Positions 39,439 to 50,912 of a DNA stretch of 64,000 nt are shown one piece after another (position 1 is the stretch's first letter; each line of letters starts with the position of its first letter). This stretch comes from Felis catus. Its lineage: Eukaryota. The stretch lies in contig NC_058369.1 in the NCBI RefSeq assembly GCF_018350175.1, positions 20,276,001-20,340,000 on the forward strand. The letters run 5' to 3'. The position numbers and the translations under genes are program-made. The notes below the pieces were generated by a model. The model was not told where the DNA came from, made no database searches, and worked only from the letters and a program-made list of their open reading frames with translations.

Positions 39439-40967
39439 CTGGGGATGAGAACAATTTCTCAGATCTTGGTCATTGCAGGGAGGTAAGAACAGCAGGCGCC
39501 TGGGTTTGTGGTCTGTGGTCTTTGGCCATCATCCTGTCCCTTGAGACCCAGAGGAAGAGGGTGAATAGAGGGCCCCACCCCAATTAAATACATATAAAAG
39601 TTCTGATCACTGATGTTCTGGATGTTCCATGGCAAAGAGAGGTTAAGACCTCTGAACTGGGGATTCAGTCTTCCCCTCAGTGTAATCCATCGATGGTCAT
39701 TCACTTGTGGTTGAATTTTCCACCTGTTTCCTGGACAAGCACATGCTCTCACATTCTTCTGCATTGATAAGCAGCCCTGGTTGGCCTTGGGATACCCTCA
39801 CCCGTTGGACTGCTCAGAGGAAGAAAAATGTTGGGAGAATAAATGGGAATACCCAGAGCCCACTCTCTCCAGAGTATAGAAATTTCTACCACCAGAGAAG
39901 CCAACCCATGAAAGAAAACAGGAGGGAGAAGAAAGTTTTACTACATATAGTATACAAAGTCAACCACTGCTGTGGAAGGTCACAGTTTGTATGGGGGGGG
40001 GGGGATTCAGGAGAGCCACTTGATTGAAGTCTTGTTTAAAAAATTTGTTTTAGTATTTATTTTTAAGAGAGAAAAAGAGACAGAGCACTAGTGGGGGAGA
40101 GGTAGAGAGGGAAACACAGACTCTAGGCTCTGAGCTGTTAGCACAGAGCCTGATGCAGAGCTCAAACCCATGAACCTTGAGATCATGACCTGAGTCGAAG
40201 TCAGACACTTAACTGACTGAGCCACCCAGGCACCCCTGAAGCCTTGTTTAAAAAAAAATCAATAGGGGTGCCTGGGTGGCTCAGTCAGTTGAGCCTCCGA
40301 CTTCGGGTCAGGTCATGATCTCACAGCCTGTGAGTTCAAGTGCCGTGTTGGACTCTGTGCTGACAGCTCAGAGCCTGGAGCCTGCTTCAGATTCTGTGTC
40401 TCCCTCTCTCTCTGCTCCTTCCCCACTCATTTTCTGTCTCTCTCTCTCTCAAAAAAATTTTTTTTAATCAATAAAAAATATTTTCTGTGAAGTTAAGGAT
40501 TCCTGAGTTTCAGCTCTATGCCTCACCTTGTGTCCTGTGTCACTTGGGCTGAGGAGGATGCAGCACACGATGGAGATGACATGTCCTGCTCTCAAGGGCC
40601 CACAGTCTAGGAGCTGAGTGACTGTGCCCAGCTGCCTTCCTTTTTTTTTTTAATTTTTTAAAATGTTTTATTTATTTTTGAGAGACAGCATGAGCGGGAG
40701 AAGGCAGAGAGAGAGAGGGAGACCCAGAATATGAAGGCTCCAGGCTCTGAGCTGTCAGCACAGAGTCCGACATGGGGCTCAAACTCACGAGGGCCATGAG
40801 ATCATGACCTGAGCCGAAGTCGGAGGCTCAACCCACTGAGCCACCCAGGTGACTCCCCCTACCCCCCCAAGTTGCCTTCCTTAAAGAGAAAGCTATGGCC
40901 CAGGAAGTGGTGGGGCAGCCTGGAATCCCTTAGGGCCCTGCCTCCCAGGTCAGGTCCCTACATTTAC

Positions 40968-41191
40968 CTGAAGGTAAGAACAGACTAGAATCATGAGGGC
41001 TTTTGACATTAGAGCCAAGGCAGCTTCACACTGCCTCTCGGGGGCTGAAGTTCTGGGTCTTGGGGTCATTCATTCTGTTAAGAGTGGCCCTCCCCCATGT
41101 GGCTCCTCTCTTGGCCATTTTTGTTGCAGCATTGAAGCCATACTTCCACAGAAGGTCTTCTACTGTATACTCTATGGAGCCTGCGAGTGTG
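40968..41191 (-). pseudogene. Pseudo-exon G
   Basis: cctgtccccacag|C...TCA G|gtaaat; 224 nt, TLAGSIEYTVEDLLWKYGFNAATKMAKRGATWGRATLNRMNDPKTQNFSPREAV*SCLGSNVKSPHDSSLFLPS(G); phase 2 to 1. Confidence 0.65.
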
Positions 41192-41803
41192 CTGTGGGGA
41201 CAGGTCTGGTCTAAGGGGTAAAAGACTAGAGGGCGACCCTGGGCAAGTTTCCCCATCAGAAGTTTACTAGAGCTATGGTTTTTAAATTTTGTTAGTATTA
41301 TTTTAGTGTAGAATCCTTTTTTTTTTTCCAGTGAAATCTTGTACATCTGTTCATCAAGTAGAAAAAAGAAACCATGTTGGGAGTTGGAGGACACCGTGTG
41401 GCAGAGTTCCTACCAATTCTGAGGAACTCCTTAGGATTCTAAGGAACTCAGTTTGAAAACCATCTGTCATGTGACTTCCGGACCCATCTTGGCTTGGCCT
41501 GCCATAAATCTGTGACTTCAAAGCCCAGGCTTTAAAAAGAAAGAGAGCAGGCTAAGGAATACCACATTTAGTGGCCACCTCAGAGTCCTGTCCTGAGTAA
41601 CTTCCCCCACTATCACTTCCAGTTCCTGGTCCTGGCTCGGCTTAATTACAACCGCCAGTACATCTCCAACCCACCTCTCACCTGGCCCTCTACTCCTAAC
41701 TTTGATTCTCTTTTATGGGTTCTGAAATCAGCATCCAGGGCTCTATGGCCCAAAGCCCACATAGGTGTCCTAAGTCAGGAGCACATCAGGCACCTTTCTG
41801 TAC

Positions 41804-42198
41804 CTGAGTTCAGTAGGCAGGAGACAGGAGATTCTCATTCTCTGGGTAGCATTCAGATTTGCCTCTCTTCTGAGATTCTTGTAGCCTCCAGAATTGTCCT
41901 TGTCCTTTTTTAAAGTTTTTTCGGAGCTTTTTGTGTGGGTTTTTGTTTTTTTAGAGAGAGAGTGCACACGTGCATGTGAGTGGGGGAGAGGCAAAGAGGG
42001 AGAGGAGGAAAGAGACACTCAAGCAGGCTCCACACTCAGCACAGAGCCCAAAGAGGGACTCTATCTCACAACCCTGAGGTCATGAGTTGAGCCAAAATCA
42101 AGAGTCAGACACTCAACCGACTGAGCCACCCAGGCGCCCCTCTCCTTGTCCTTTTTTGAATGCAGGACATACTAATTTCATGGGGCTGCAAGCCTTAC
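41804..42198 (-). pseudogene. Pseudo-exon F, interrupted by a Can-SINE
   Basis: tattttctggctcctag|GTA...CTC AG|gtacag. Removing the SINE plus one TSD leaves 149 nt: VRLAAP*N*YVLHSKKDKDNSGGYKNLRREANLNATQRMRISCLLPTEL(S); phase 0 to 2. Confidence 0.55.
41912..42142 (-). mobile_element. Older Can-SINE inserted in pseudo-exon F
   Basis: TSD tccttgtcctttttt at 41897-41911 and 42143-42157. Confidence 0.9.
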
Positions 42199-42313
42199 CT
42201 AGGAGCCAGAAAATACTCAAGGCAGCCTGGGTGGAGAGCAAACCCTGCCCTCCCCCATTTCTTTTCCTCAAAGATGCAGAGCAGAGAGCAAGGTGGGCTC
42301 CCCACCCCCAAAC

Positions 42314-42500
42314 CTGTTAGGACTGGATTCCAGGGGCTTTAGTTTCAAAGAATCCATAAAAAGCATCATGGTCTTGGCTACTCTGAGGAGGACCAGAAAT
42401 TCAAGAGGGCAGAGTAATGGTGCTGTGGACCTTGTTACAGAGAAAGGTAGTTACATTGTAGCAGAAAACAAAGGCTACTGCTTTTTCTCTGCCCTGATGG
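42314..42500 (-). pseudogene. Pseudo-exon E
   Basis: tctttgccctgcctccctag|C...CAG|gtttgg; 187 nt, HQGREKAVAFVFCYNVTTFLCNKVHSTITLPS*ISGPPQSSQDHDAFYGFFETKAPGIQS*Q; phase 2 to 0. Confidence 0.6.
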
Positions 42501-42589
42501 CTAGGGAGGCAGGGCAAAGACAGCAGACATTCCCTAGGGCCAGGCATGGTGAAGCAAAAACAAGGCTCTTCAGTAAGCTGACAGACTAG

Positions 42590-42768
42590 TACAAGGTTCT
42601 CAGCCCTAGCTGCACATTTGAATCACCTGTGGAGTTTTGATGCTCTCCCAGTGCCAGGAGCCTGTTCCAGATCAATTAAATCAGTATCTCTACAGATGGG
42701 TCACAGACACTATTGTTTCCCAAAGCTCCACAGGTGATTCATTCACAGCCAAAGCCAAGAACTACTGG
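42590..42768. mobile_element. MER5A-like hAT-Charlie MITE
   Basis: caaggttctcagccctagctgcacatttgaatcacctg...aagctccacaggtgattc...aagaactactg with degenerate terminal inverted repeats. Confidence 0.65.
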
Positions 42769-42932
42769 TCTGGTGTGAGAAGCTGGCATCAAACAGAATG
42801 TGGATGTGATGCTCTTCACCCTGAGGTGGGCCTGGAGACTTGAAATCCTGGGGGCCTAGTGAGCTGGGCCCTGCTGCTACTGGAAGCCATGGGATCCTCT
42901 GTTACTCTCCTACCTATATACCCACTCACCTG

Positions 42933-42933
<1 letters not shown>

Positions 42934-42993
<60 letters not shown>
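42934..42993. repeat. (CA)n, about 30 units
   Basis: Directly visible. Confidence 0.95.
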
Positions 42994-42995
<2 letters not shown>

Positions 42996-43199
42996 AGAGC
43001 ACCTATTCCAGTGAAAGCGGGACAGAAGGCTCAGTGATCCAGCCCCGGGGAAGGAGAGCATGTGCCCTGATTTAGAATCCTGACCCTGCTCCTCTTTAGC
43101 TATGTGGCCTGACAACCCTTCTGGGTCTCAATTTCTCATCTATGAAATGGGGCAATAGTGCTTACTTTGAAGGTGGTTACAAGGAAGTACCCAGCTCAC

Positions 43200-43408
43200 A
43201 GGAAGAGCACTAGAGATTGGGCCGCTAAGCAATAGGAGCCCAGACTCCCTCTGTCAGCTGAGACATGGCCGTAGAGATCAGCTGTCCAACTCTCTGGTTT
43301 TTCACATGAAGATCTCAAAGTCCAGAGGGGAGAAGGTTTCCCAGGATACACAGCCAGCCAGAACCCAATCTCCCTCTGCCTCGGGAGCTTCACATCATGG
43401 CAGCCTTC
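43200..43408 (-). pseudogene. Pseudo-exon D
   Basis: caacacag|GAA...TTC CT|gtgagc; 209 nt open, EGCHDVKLPR...ADLYGHVSADRGSLGSYCLAAQSLVLF(L); phase 0 to 2. Confidence 0.6.
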
Positions 43409-43532
43409 CTGTGTTGGGCTTTAGCTCTCCTCATCCAGCAAAAGTCCAAAAATGATCTCTAGGGCTTCTAAAGAAGTAAGCAGGGATTTTATAATAACCT
43501 TTAGAATGTCTTATTGGAGATGCTTGGCTGAC

Positions 43533-43611
43533 CTTGGGGTAGAGGGTATCCAATCTGGCCATTTGGCCCCAATGGGCTATTTGTCCCCAGTCCCTTCTGA
43601 TAGTCCTTATC
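43533..43611 (-). pseudogene. Pseudo-exon C
   Basis: ccttctttttag|G...CCCAAG|gtcagc; 79 nt, open in two frames (IRTIRRDWGQIAHWGQMARLDTLYPK ending phase 0, or DKDYQKGLGTNSPLGPNGQIGYPLPQ ending phase 1). Confidence 0.5.
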
Positions 43612-43819
43612 CTAAAAAGAAGGTTCATCACCTCAGTGCTAAGGGTGAACCACCCCCCCCCCCCCACCGCCGCCGGCCTCCCGAGGCTGAGGACTACAGA
43701 ACAAGGATCCACTCTGCCCCTGAGGCCTGGGCCTTGGGTTAGAAAGAGTGGGCAGGGCAGATTGCTTTTCCATATAAGCTCTTTTTGTACTTTAGCTTTG
43801 AAACCATGGAGCATGTACT

Positions 43820-44115
43820 GCTTTGGTAAAAATAAATCGTATTGAAAAGTAAAACTATACATGTCACCATACATTTGTCCAAATCCATAGAATATACAAA
43901 CACCAAGAGTGCTCATAAACTACAGACTCTGGGAGATGATGATGAGTCAGTGTAGGTTCACTGATTGTGACAAATGTACCACTCTGGTGGAGAATGTTGG
44001 TAATTGAGGAGGCTGGGGTGAGGGAGGAGGCGGGTGTGGGGGGGAAGTGTGGGGGCTGTGTACTTTCTGCTCAATTTTGTTGTTAATCTAAAACTTCTCT
44101 AAAAATGTTAAGTAG
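43820..44115 (+). mobile_element. Old L1 3'UTR fragment
   Basis: catacatttgtccaaatccatagaatatacaa...caaatgtaccactctggtgg...gtactttctgctcaattttg is typical L1M 3'-end text. Confidence 0.65.
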
Positions 44116-44958
44116 AGGGGCACCTGGGTGGTTCAGTCGGTTGAGTGTCTGACTTTGGCTCAGGTCATGATCTAGCAGTTCATGGGTTCGAGCCCCACAC
44201 TGGGCTCTGTGCTGACAGCTCAGAGCCTGGAGCCTGCTTCGGATTCTGTGTCTCCCTCTCTTTCTACCCCTCTCCTGCTTGCATTCTGTCTCTCTCTCAA
44301 AAATAAACATTAAAAAATTGTTTTAATAGAAATAAAAATAGTAAGTAGATAGACAGAAGTAAAACTGATATATACAGAGAATAATAGTACCCTTCCCATG
44401 GTGTCTGCAAGGATTATATGAGCTAATGGACATTAAGGACTTAGCCTGACCCAGGTAATTGCTCAGTATGAGTTGGCTTTTGTGTTTTATTCTAAAGCCA
44501 TCTCTGTCCCGTGGTTTCCTCTCAGCTGCCACTCATGAGAGGGAGATGGTGGGAACAGATCTTTCCCACCCTTTATCTCAGGATGCTGAGGCACCAGAGG
44601 CTTTGTCACTAGCTCAGTCACATGGTTTAACTGGTGATGCTACAGCCAGGCCTCTGGTGAAAGTTACTGACCTTTGTGCAGCTAGAGTTCTGCACTAAGC
44701 CCAGGCAGACACAGAGCATCTCCTTTGAGCAAGGTCCCATGCTCAGACCCTCAAAGTGTTCTTTCAACAGTCCTACAAGGTAGGCATCATTGCTCCTTTT
44801 TAACAGATGAGTAAGCTGTGGCTCAGAGAAATTAACTGACTTGTCCAAGCCTGCTCGGCTATAAGGACAAAGTCCAGAACTCCTGCTTTCTCCATCAGGA
44901 AAGGAGGCACAGGAGGTGAGCATTCGGCTAGTACCCTAGCTTGACCTACGGTACTTAT

Positions 44959-45067
44959 CCCCTCCTCCAGCAGCCTTTCGAAGATGCCACCTTGGAGGAC
45001 AACATCTTCTTCCCAGAGGGACTTGAGCAGCCCAGTGGCCTCCACCAGGTCTGTTGGGATACCTGCT
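44959..45067 (-). pseudogene. Pseudo-exon B with damaged donor
   Basis: cttcctcatccttccccag|A GCA...; 109 nt open, (R)AGIPTDLVEATGLLKSLWEEDVVLQGGIFERLLEEG; phase-2 start matches A. Followed by ataagt, one change from gtaagt. Confidence 0.55.
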
Positions 45068-45849
45068 CTGGGGAAGGATGAGGAAGCATCCCAACCCCTC
45101 TCTTTTGGAGTCTGGAGTTGGAGATGCTGGAGTATAGAGGGCCTGATTCCCCATCCTCCCTCTCCCAGCCTACCTAGCTGCCTTTTTAGGCAGCTCATGC
45201 TTCCCCGTGTTAACTTTCTTGCCTACTTCCTTCTCCAGGTGAAAGGGAAATGATGAAGATGAGTTATCCTGAAGGCCCCAACCTTCATTGTGGTAGCTAG
45301 GCATAATCTGGGAAGGCTTCCTGCAAGTGGTAAGTGTCAGGGGCAGACTGCAAAAAGTGGAAATAAATAGATGGAGAGAACCATGGGAAGAACTGAAACT
45401 GTGATTTCCCTCTCCTTCTTAGAACTGTAGGTGCATCACCTCCTCATAGACACTCATTTGCTCATTCTTTCATTCATTGATGGAGCACCATGTGCTGGGT
45501 AGGAAACAGGGTTCTACCTCATGTTCACAGGCTCTTCAGGTTGATAGCCACACAAACAGCCATACAATGTGACAGTGGCTGTAATGAACATGTTCTGGGA
45601 CCCCACAGGCTGCTAAAGCGCACCAGAGCATTCAAGAGAGTTGACATGTAGCTCCTTAAGGACCAGCTCTGTGTTTCCTAAACCCCAGATATACTTATAT
45701 AGGAAACAAATGGCTTTTATAAAAACAAAAAGTTCACTTTGCTCTCACACAATATTGAGTGTTCCCTTGTGTTTATAACCCCACATCCAGCTATGGAAAA
45801 GTTTCTCTGGATCCCACTAGTTGTTAACTCTTTTTTTTCCTGTTTTTTT

Positions 45850-48815
45850 TTCTTTTATTGTGATAAAATACATATACATATAAAAGTTTACCCTTTTAAC
45901 CTTTTTAAGTGTACAGTTCAGTGGCACTAAATATATTCATAATGTACAACCATGACCACCATCCATCATCTTCATTGTAGCTCTTTTATTTTTTAAAATT
46001 GAAACTCTCTACCCATTAATATTAACTCCCCATTCTCTGTTCCCCCCAGTCCCTGGCAACTACCATTCTACTTTCTGTTCTGTGAATTTGACTGCTTTAG
46101 ATACCTCAGGTAAGTGGAATCTTACAGAGGCGCCTGAGTGGCTCACTCAGTTAAGCTTCCAACTTTGGCTCAGGTCATGGTCTCAGGGTCTGTGAGTTCC
46201 AGCCCCATATTGGACTCTATGCTGACAGCTCAGAGCCTGGATCCTGCTTCGGATTCTGTGTCTCCCTCTCTCACTGTCTCTCATGCTCTGTCTCTCTCAC
46301 TCTCAAAAATAAATAAACATTAAAAATTTTTTTAAAAAGTGGAATCTTACAGTACCTGTCTTTCAAATGACTGACCTCAAGATTCCTCCATGTTGTAGCA
46401 TGCAACAGGATTTCCTTCCTTTTAGAGGCTAAATAATATTCCACGGTATGTATATGTCACCTTTTGTTCATGCATTTATGCATCAATGGACACGGGTTCC
46501 TTCCACATTTTAGCTATTGTGAATAATGCTGCTATGAAATATGGATGTATAAATATCTCTTTGAGATGCTGTTTTCAGTTCTTCAGGGTACATACTCAGA
46601 AGTGGAATTGCTATATTATATGGTAAATCTAGTTTTAATTTTTTGTAGAGCCACTGTACTGTTTCCACAGTTGCTGTGTCATTTTACATTCTCACAAACA
46701 ATGCAGAAAAGTTCCAATTTCTCCACTTCCTCACCAACACTTGTTCTTTCTGTTTATTTTTTTTTTAAGTTTATTTATTTTTGAGGGGGCCAGGCAGACA
46801 GAGAGCGTGAGACACAAAATCCGAAGTAGGCTCCAGGCTCTGAGCTGTCAGCACAGAGCTCGATAAGGGGCTCAAACTCATGAACTGTGAGATCATGACC
46901 TGAGCCGAAGTCGGACACTTAACCAACTGAGTCACCCAGGCACCACTATTTCTGTTTATTTCATTGCTAATGTATAGAAATGAAAGTTATTTTGTGTGTT
47001 GACTTGTTTCCTGCTACTTTGCTGAATTCGTTTATTAGTTCTAGCAGTTTTGTTTGTTTGTTTGTTTGTTTGTTTGTTTGGAATCTTTAGGGTTTCCTAC
47101 ATATGAGATCCTATTATCTTCAAACAGGGATTATTTTACTTCTTCCTTTCCAACTTAGATGCCTTTAATTTCTTTTTCTGGACTAATTGCTCTGGTTAAA
47201 ATTCCAGTACTGTATTGAATAGAAGTGGCAAAAGCAGGCATCCATCGTTACCTTGTTCCTGATGTTGGAGGAAAAGCTTTCAGATTTTCACCATTGTGAT
47301 TTGGGCTTATTTTTTGCTGTGGGTTTTTTTATATATGACTTCTATCGTATTGAAGTAGTTTCCTTCTGTTACTCGTTCTTTTAGTGATTTTATCATGAAA
47401 AGGTGTTGAATTTTGTCAAATGTTTTTTCTCTATCGATTGAGATTATGTGCTTCCTCCTTCTTCATTTTGTTAGTATTACTCTGATTGATTTTAGTATGA
47501 TGAACTATTCTTGCATTCCAGGAATAGATCACAATTGGTTGTGGTGTATATTCCTTTTAGTATGCTGCTGAATTTGGTTTGCTAATATTCTATTAAGTAT
47601 TTTTTCATCAATGTTCATAAGGTATACTTATATGTAGTTTTCTTGTAGTGTCTTTTATCCGACTTTGATATTGGCAATGTTGGCCTTGTAGGATAAGTTA
47701 GCAAGTGTTCTTTCCTCTTCATTTATTTGGAAGTTTGAGAAGGATTGGTATTAGTTCTTCTTTAAATATTGCATAGAATGGCACCTGGGTGACTCAGTTG
47801 GCTAAAGTGTCTGGCTTCGGACCAGTTCATGATCTCACAGTTTGTGAATTTGAACCCTGCATCAGGCTCTCTGCTGTCAGCACAGAGCCCACTTTGGATC
47901 TTCCCTCCCCCTCTCTTTCTGCCCCTCCCCCCACCTCTCAAAGATAAATAAACTTTTTTTTTTTTTTTTTTTTTAATGTTGGGTAGAATTCACCAATGAA
48001 GCTATTAGGTTCAGGGTTTTATTTGTTGGGAGACTTTAAATTTTTTTTTTCCAACGTTTTTATTTATTTTTGGGACAGAGAGAGACAGAGCATGAACGGG
48101 GGAGGGGCAGAGAGAGAGGGAGACACAGAATCGGAAACAGGCTCCAGGCTCTGAGCCATCAGCCCAGAGCCTGACGCGGGGCTCGAACTCACGGACCGCG
48201 AGATCGTGACCTGGCTGAAGTCGGAAGCTTAACCGACTGCGCCACCCAGGCGCCCCTGTTGGGAGACTTTAGATTACTGATTCAATCTCCTTACTAATTG
48301 TAGGTCTACTCAAAATTTCTATTTCTTCATGATTTAATCTTGGTGGGTTTTGTATTTCAAGAAATTTGTCCACTTCATCCAGCTTACTATGTTCATAATA
48401 ATCTCTTACAATCTTTTTTATTTCTGTAGGATCATTAGTAATGTTCCCACTCCCATTTTTTTTTATTTTAGCAATTTGAATTAGATTTAGTAATCTCTTT
48501 TATTCTTGGTCTAACTAAAGTTTTGTCAACTTTATTGATCTTTTGTTTTTAAGTTTATTTGTTTATTTTTGACAGAGAGAGAGAGAGCAAGTGGAGAGGG
48601 GCAGAGAGAGAGAGGGAAAGAGAGACAGTCCCAAGCAGGGTCCACACTGTCAGTGCAGAGCCTGATGCAGGGCTTGAACCCATGAACTGTGAAATCATGA
48701 CCTGAGACAAAGTCGGGCACTTAACCAACTGAGCCACCCAGGTGCCCCTATTGATCTTTTTAAAGAACCAACTTCTGGTTTCATGAATTTTCTTTTTTCT
48801 CAATTTCATTTATCT
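45850..48815 (-). mobile_element. Old L1 (3'UTR plus ORF2 pieces) with nested SINEs, inside the pseudogene A-B intron
   Basis: T-rich L1 antisense text (aagtgtacagttcagtggc, gtgaataatgctgctatga, ttcttgcattccaggaatag). Confidence 0.85.
48039..48256 (-). mobile_element. Young felid Can-SINE
   Basis: TSD tgttgggagacttta at 48024-48038 and 48257-48271. Confidence 0.95.
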
Positions 48816-50056
48816 TATAGGTCTTTACCTTGCTACAAATCCTCTCCCCAGAAAACTACCCATACATCTCAAAGTCTACATACATATTGAGGGGTCTTTA
48901 CTGATCCTTAAAACCCAGGGATCTCCACTGACAGATTAAACTGGGTAGAGAGCAGGACAAGGAAAAAGGAATGGAGCTGACACTGATGACTCATCAGGTG
49001 CTATTTCAATGAGAGCCTCTTAAACTTTATTGTGGTAGTTTGGGTTGGGTCCTTAGCATCTTTCTAACAAGCTCTCAAGTGAGGCCAGGGCTATTGGTTC
49101 TGGTCCCTGCTTTACACAATGAGGCTCTAAGCAACCCTAACCTCTCTAGCGCTGCTTCTCTGCCTTTCAGGTAAGCTCCCCTCTCCACAAAAGTCATCCC
49201 AGGTAGGCAGGTGTCACACTGACTCCTCCCTTCCCTTATCCCCACTTGTAGTTATGAAGACCAAACCATGACATTTCCTAAACAGCGCTGACCCCATTTG
49301 TCCATTAGTGCTCTCCCACACCCTCATTTTAGGCCAGCAACATCTGCTGGGATCATCACAGAGTTCTCACTACCCATGGTATGATCCCCTAACCTTCACT
49401 GTTAGTGCAATTTTTTTTTTAGTTTATTTATTTATTTTGAAAGAGAGAGAGTGTACAAGTGGAGAAGAGGCAGAAAGAGAGAGGGAGAGAGAGAATCCCA
49501 AGCATGCTCCACACTGACATTGCAGAGCCGGATGCAAGGATCAAACTTACAGGCCGTAAGAATGACTTAAGCCGAAAAGAAGAGTCAGATGCTTAACCAA
49601 CTGAGACACCCATGTGCCCCATATTTTTTTCAGTTTATTTATTTATTTTTGAGACAGGTGGAGGGGCACAGAGGGAGGGGGACAGAGGATCGGAAGTGGG
49701 CTCTGTGCTGACAGCCCTGATACAGGGCTCAACCTCACAAACTGCAAAATCATGACCTAATTCGAAGCTTAACCGACTGAGCCACCCAGATGCCCCTCTT
49801 AGTGCAATTTAAATTGCAAGTTGTTTTAGACTTCAATGTGCCTTACAAGGGCATGTGTGACCCTAGTCCTGGTCACAACTCTAGTCTTGTTTCTTTCCAT
49901 CTTACTCGCACAGTTCCTACCTCTTGGCTTTTGCCTATTCTGTTCCCCCCTACTCAGAATCCTCTTCCCTGCCTTTTATCCAACTCTCACTCCTTCTCCT
50001 GACCTGGTCTGCCTGTCCCCCCACCTCCTTTTAGCTCAGCCAGGTTGGGAGCCTAC

Positions 50057-50298
50057 CTGACCACTCCTGCCTCAGTTGGGACCATTTTGATGATGCCTAA
50101 AGCCCCTGAAACTCCCTTAAGCGAAACAAGGTACTGAAGAGAAGGGGGTACTTTCTGGACTTCTCCGTCAGGAGCCCTCACCCTTCCTTCCCTCCCTCTT
50201 CTGAGACTCCCAGCCCAATGCCCTCTGACTGGTTGTGTCATAGCTCTCTGTACCTTCGAAACTTGAAATTCTTGGGATATAGAATCCAATTGGCCCAT
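50057..50298 (-). pseudogene. Pseudo-exon A (ATG-starting, open frame)
   Basis: ttacag|ATG ... GTC AG|gtaggc; 242 nt open, MGQLDSISQEFQ...LGIIKMVPTEAGVV(R); ends in phase 2. May really be two smaller exons (internal AAG|gtacag). Confidence 0.45.
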
Positions 50299-50873
50299 CT
50301 GTAATTAGGTATTCTCCCTGGGCCAATCAGCTACTGCTGGATAACTGAGACATATAGCATAAACATAGCCTCCAGGCCTCATTCCTGAGTGGGTGGGAAG
50401 TTTTGGAAAGGGGAGTGTGAGCTAAGTAGTCTCCAAGATGTCTCCTGCAATTCTTAGGGTATTTAACCTGTGCTTCCGTCTCTTAGTGGTATAGCTGCTT
50501 GCTCCTGGTCTGCCTTCCCCAGTGGACATAAGCTCTAAGGACAGAGGCCAAGCTGTATAACTGTCTTCAGGGCTGAAACAGAATGTGCCCAATAAATATT
50601 TGTGGAATGAAATGCCAAGAAAGCCTAGAGAAAGGACTGGCCTTTATGTTCATGGAGACAACCCAGAAGAGATGACATTTGGGACAGGAATTAAAGGAGA
50701 GTGAGTTTATGGGGCACCTGTGTGGCATAGTCTGTTCAGCGTCGACTCTTGATGTTGGCTCAGGTCATGATCTCATGGTTCGTGAGTTTGAGCCCTGCAT
50801 CAAGCTCTGCACTGATGGTGTGGAGACTGCTTGGGATTCTGTCTCTCCTTCTCTCTGCCCCTCCCCTGCTTGT

Positions 50874-50912
<39 letters not shown>

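Larger units (their letters stand above)
33456..50298 (-). pseudogene. Decayed multi-exon (unprocessed) pseudogene of unknown identity lying between DCAF1 and the right-hand CpG island
   Basis: Chain of AG/GT-bounded minus-strand segments with matching intron phases (listed individually), protein-like translations, scattered in-frame stops and two retroelement insertions inside segments. Confidence 0.65.

Noticed and set aside
39180..39587. 135 aa plus-strand ORF
   Set aside because: No recognisable protein; best explained as the antisense shadow of minus-strand pseudo-exon H.
38489..49173. Shared short word ctctgcctttcaggta at about 38.5 kb and about 49.2 kb
   Set aside because: No extended flanking similarity; plausible by chance.
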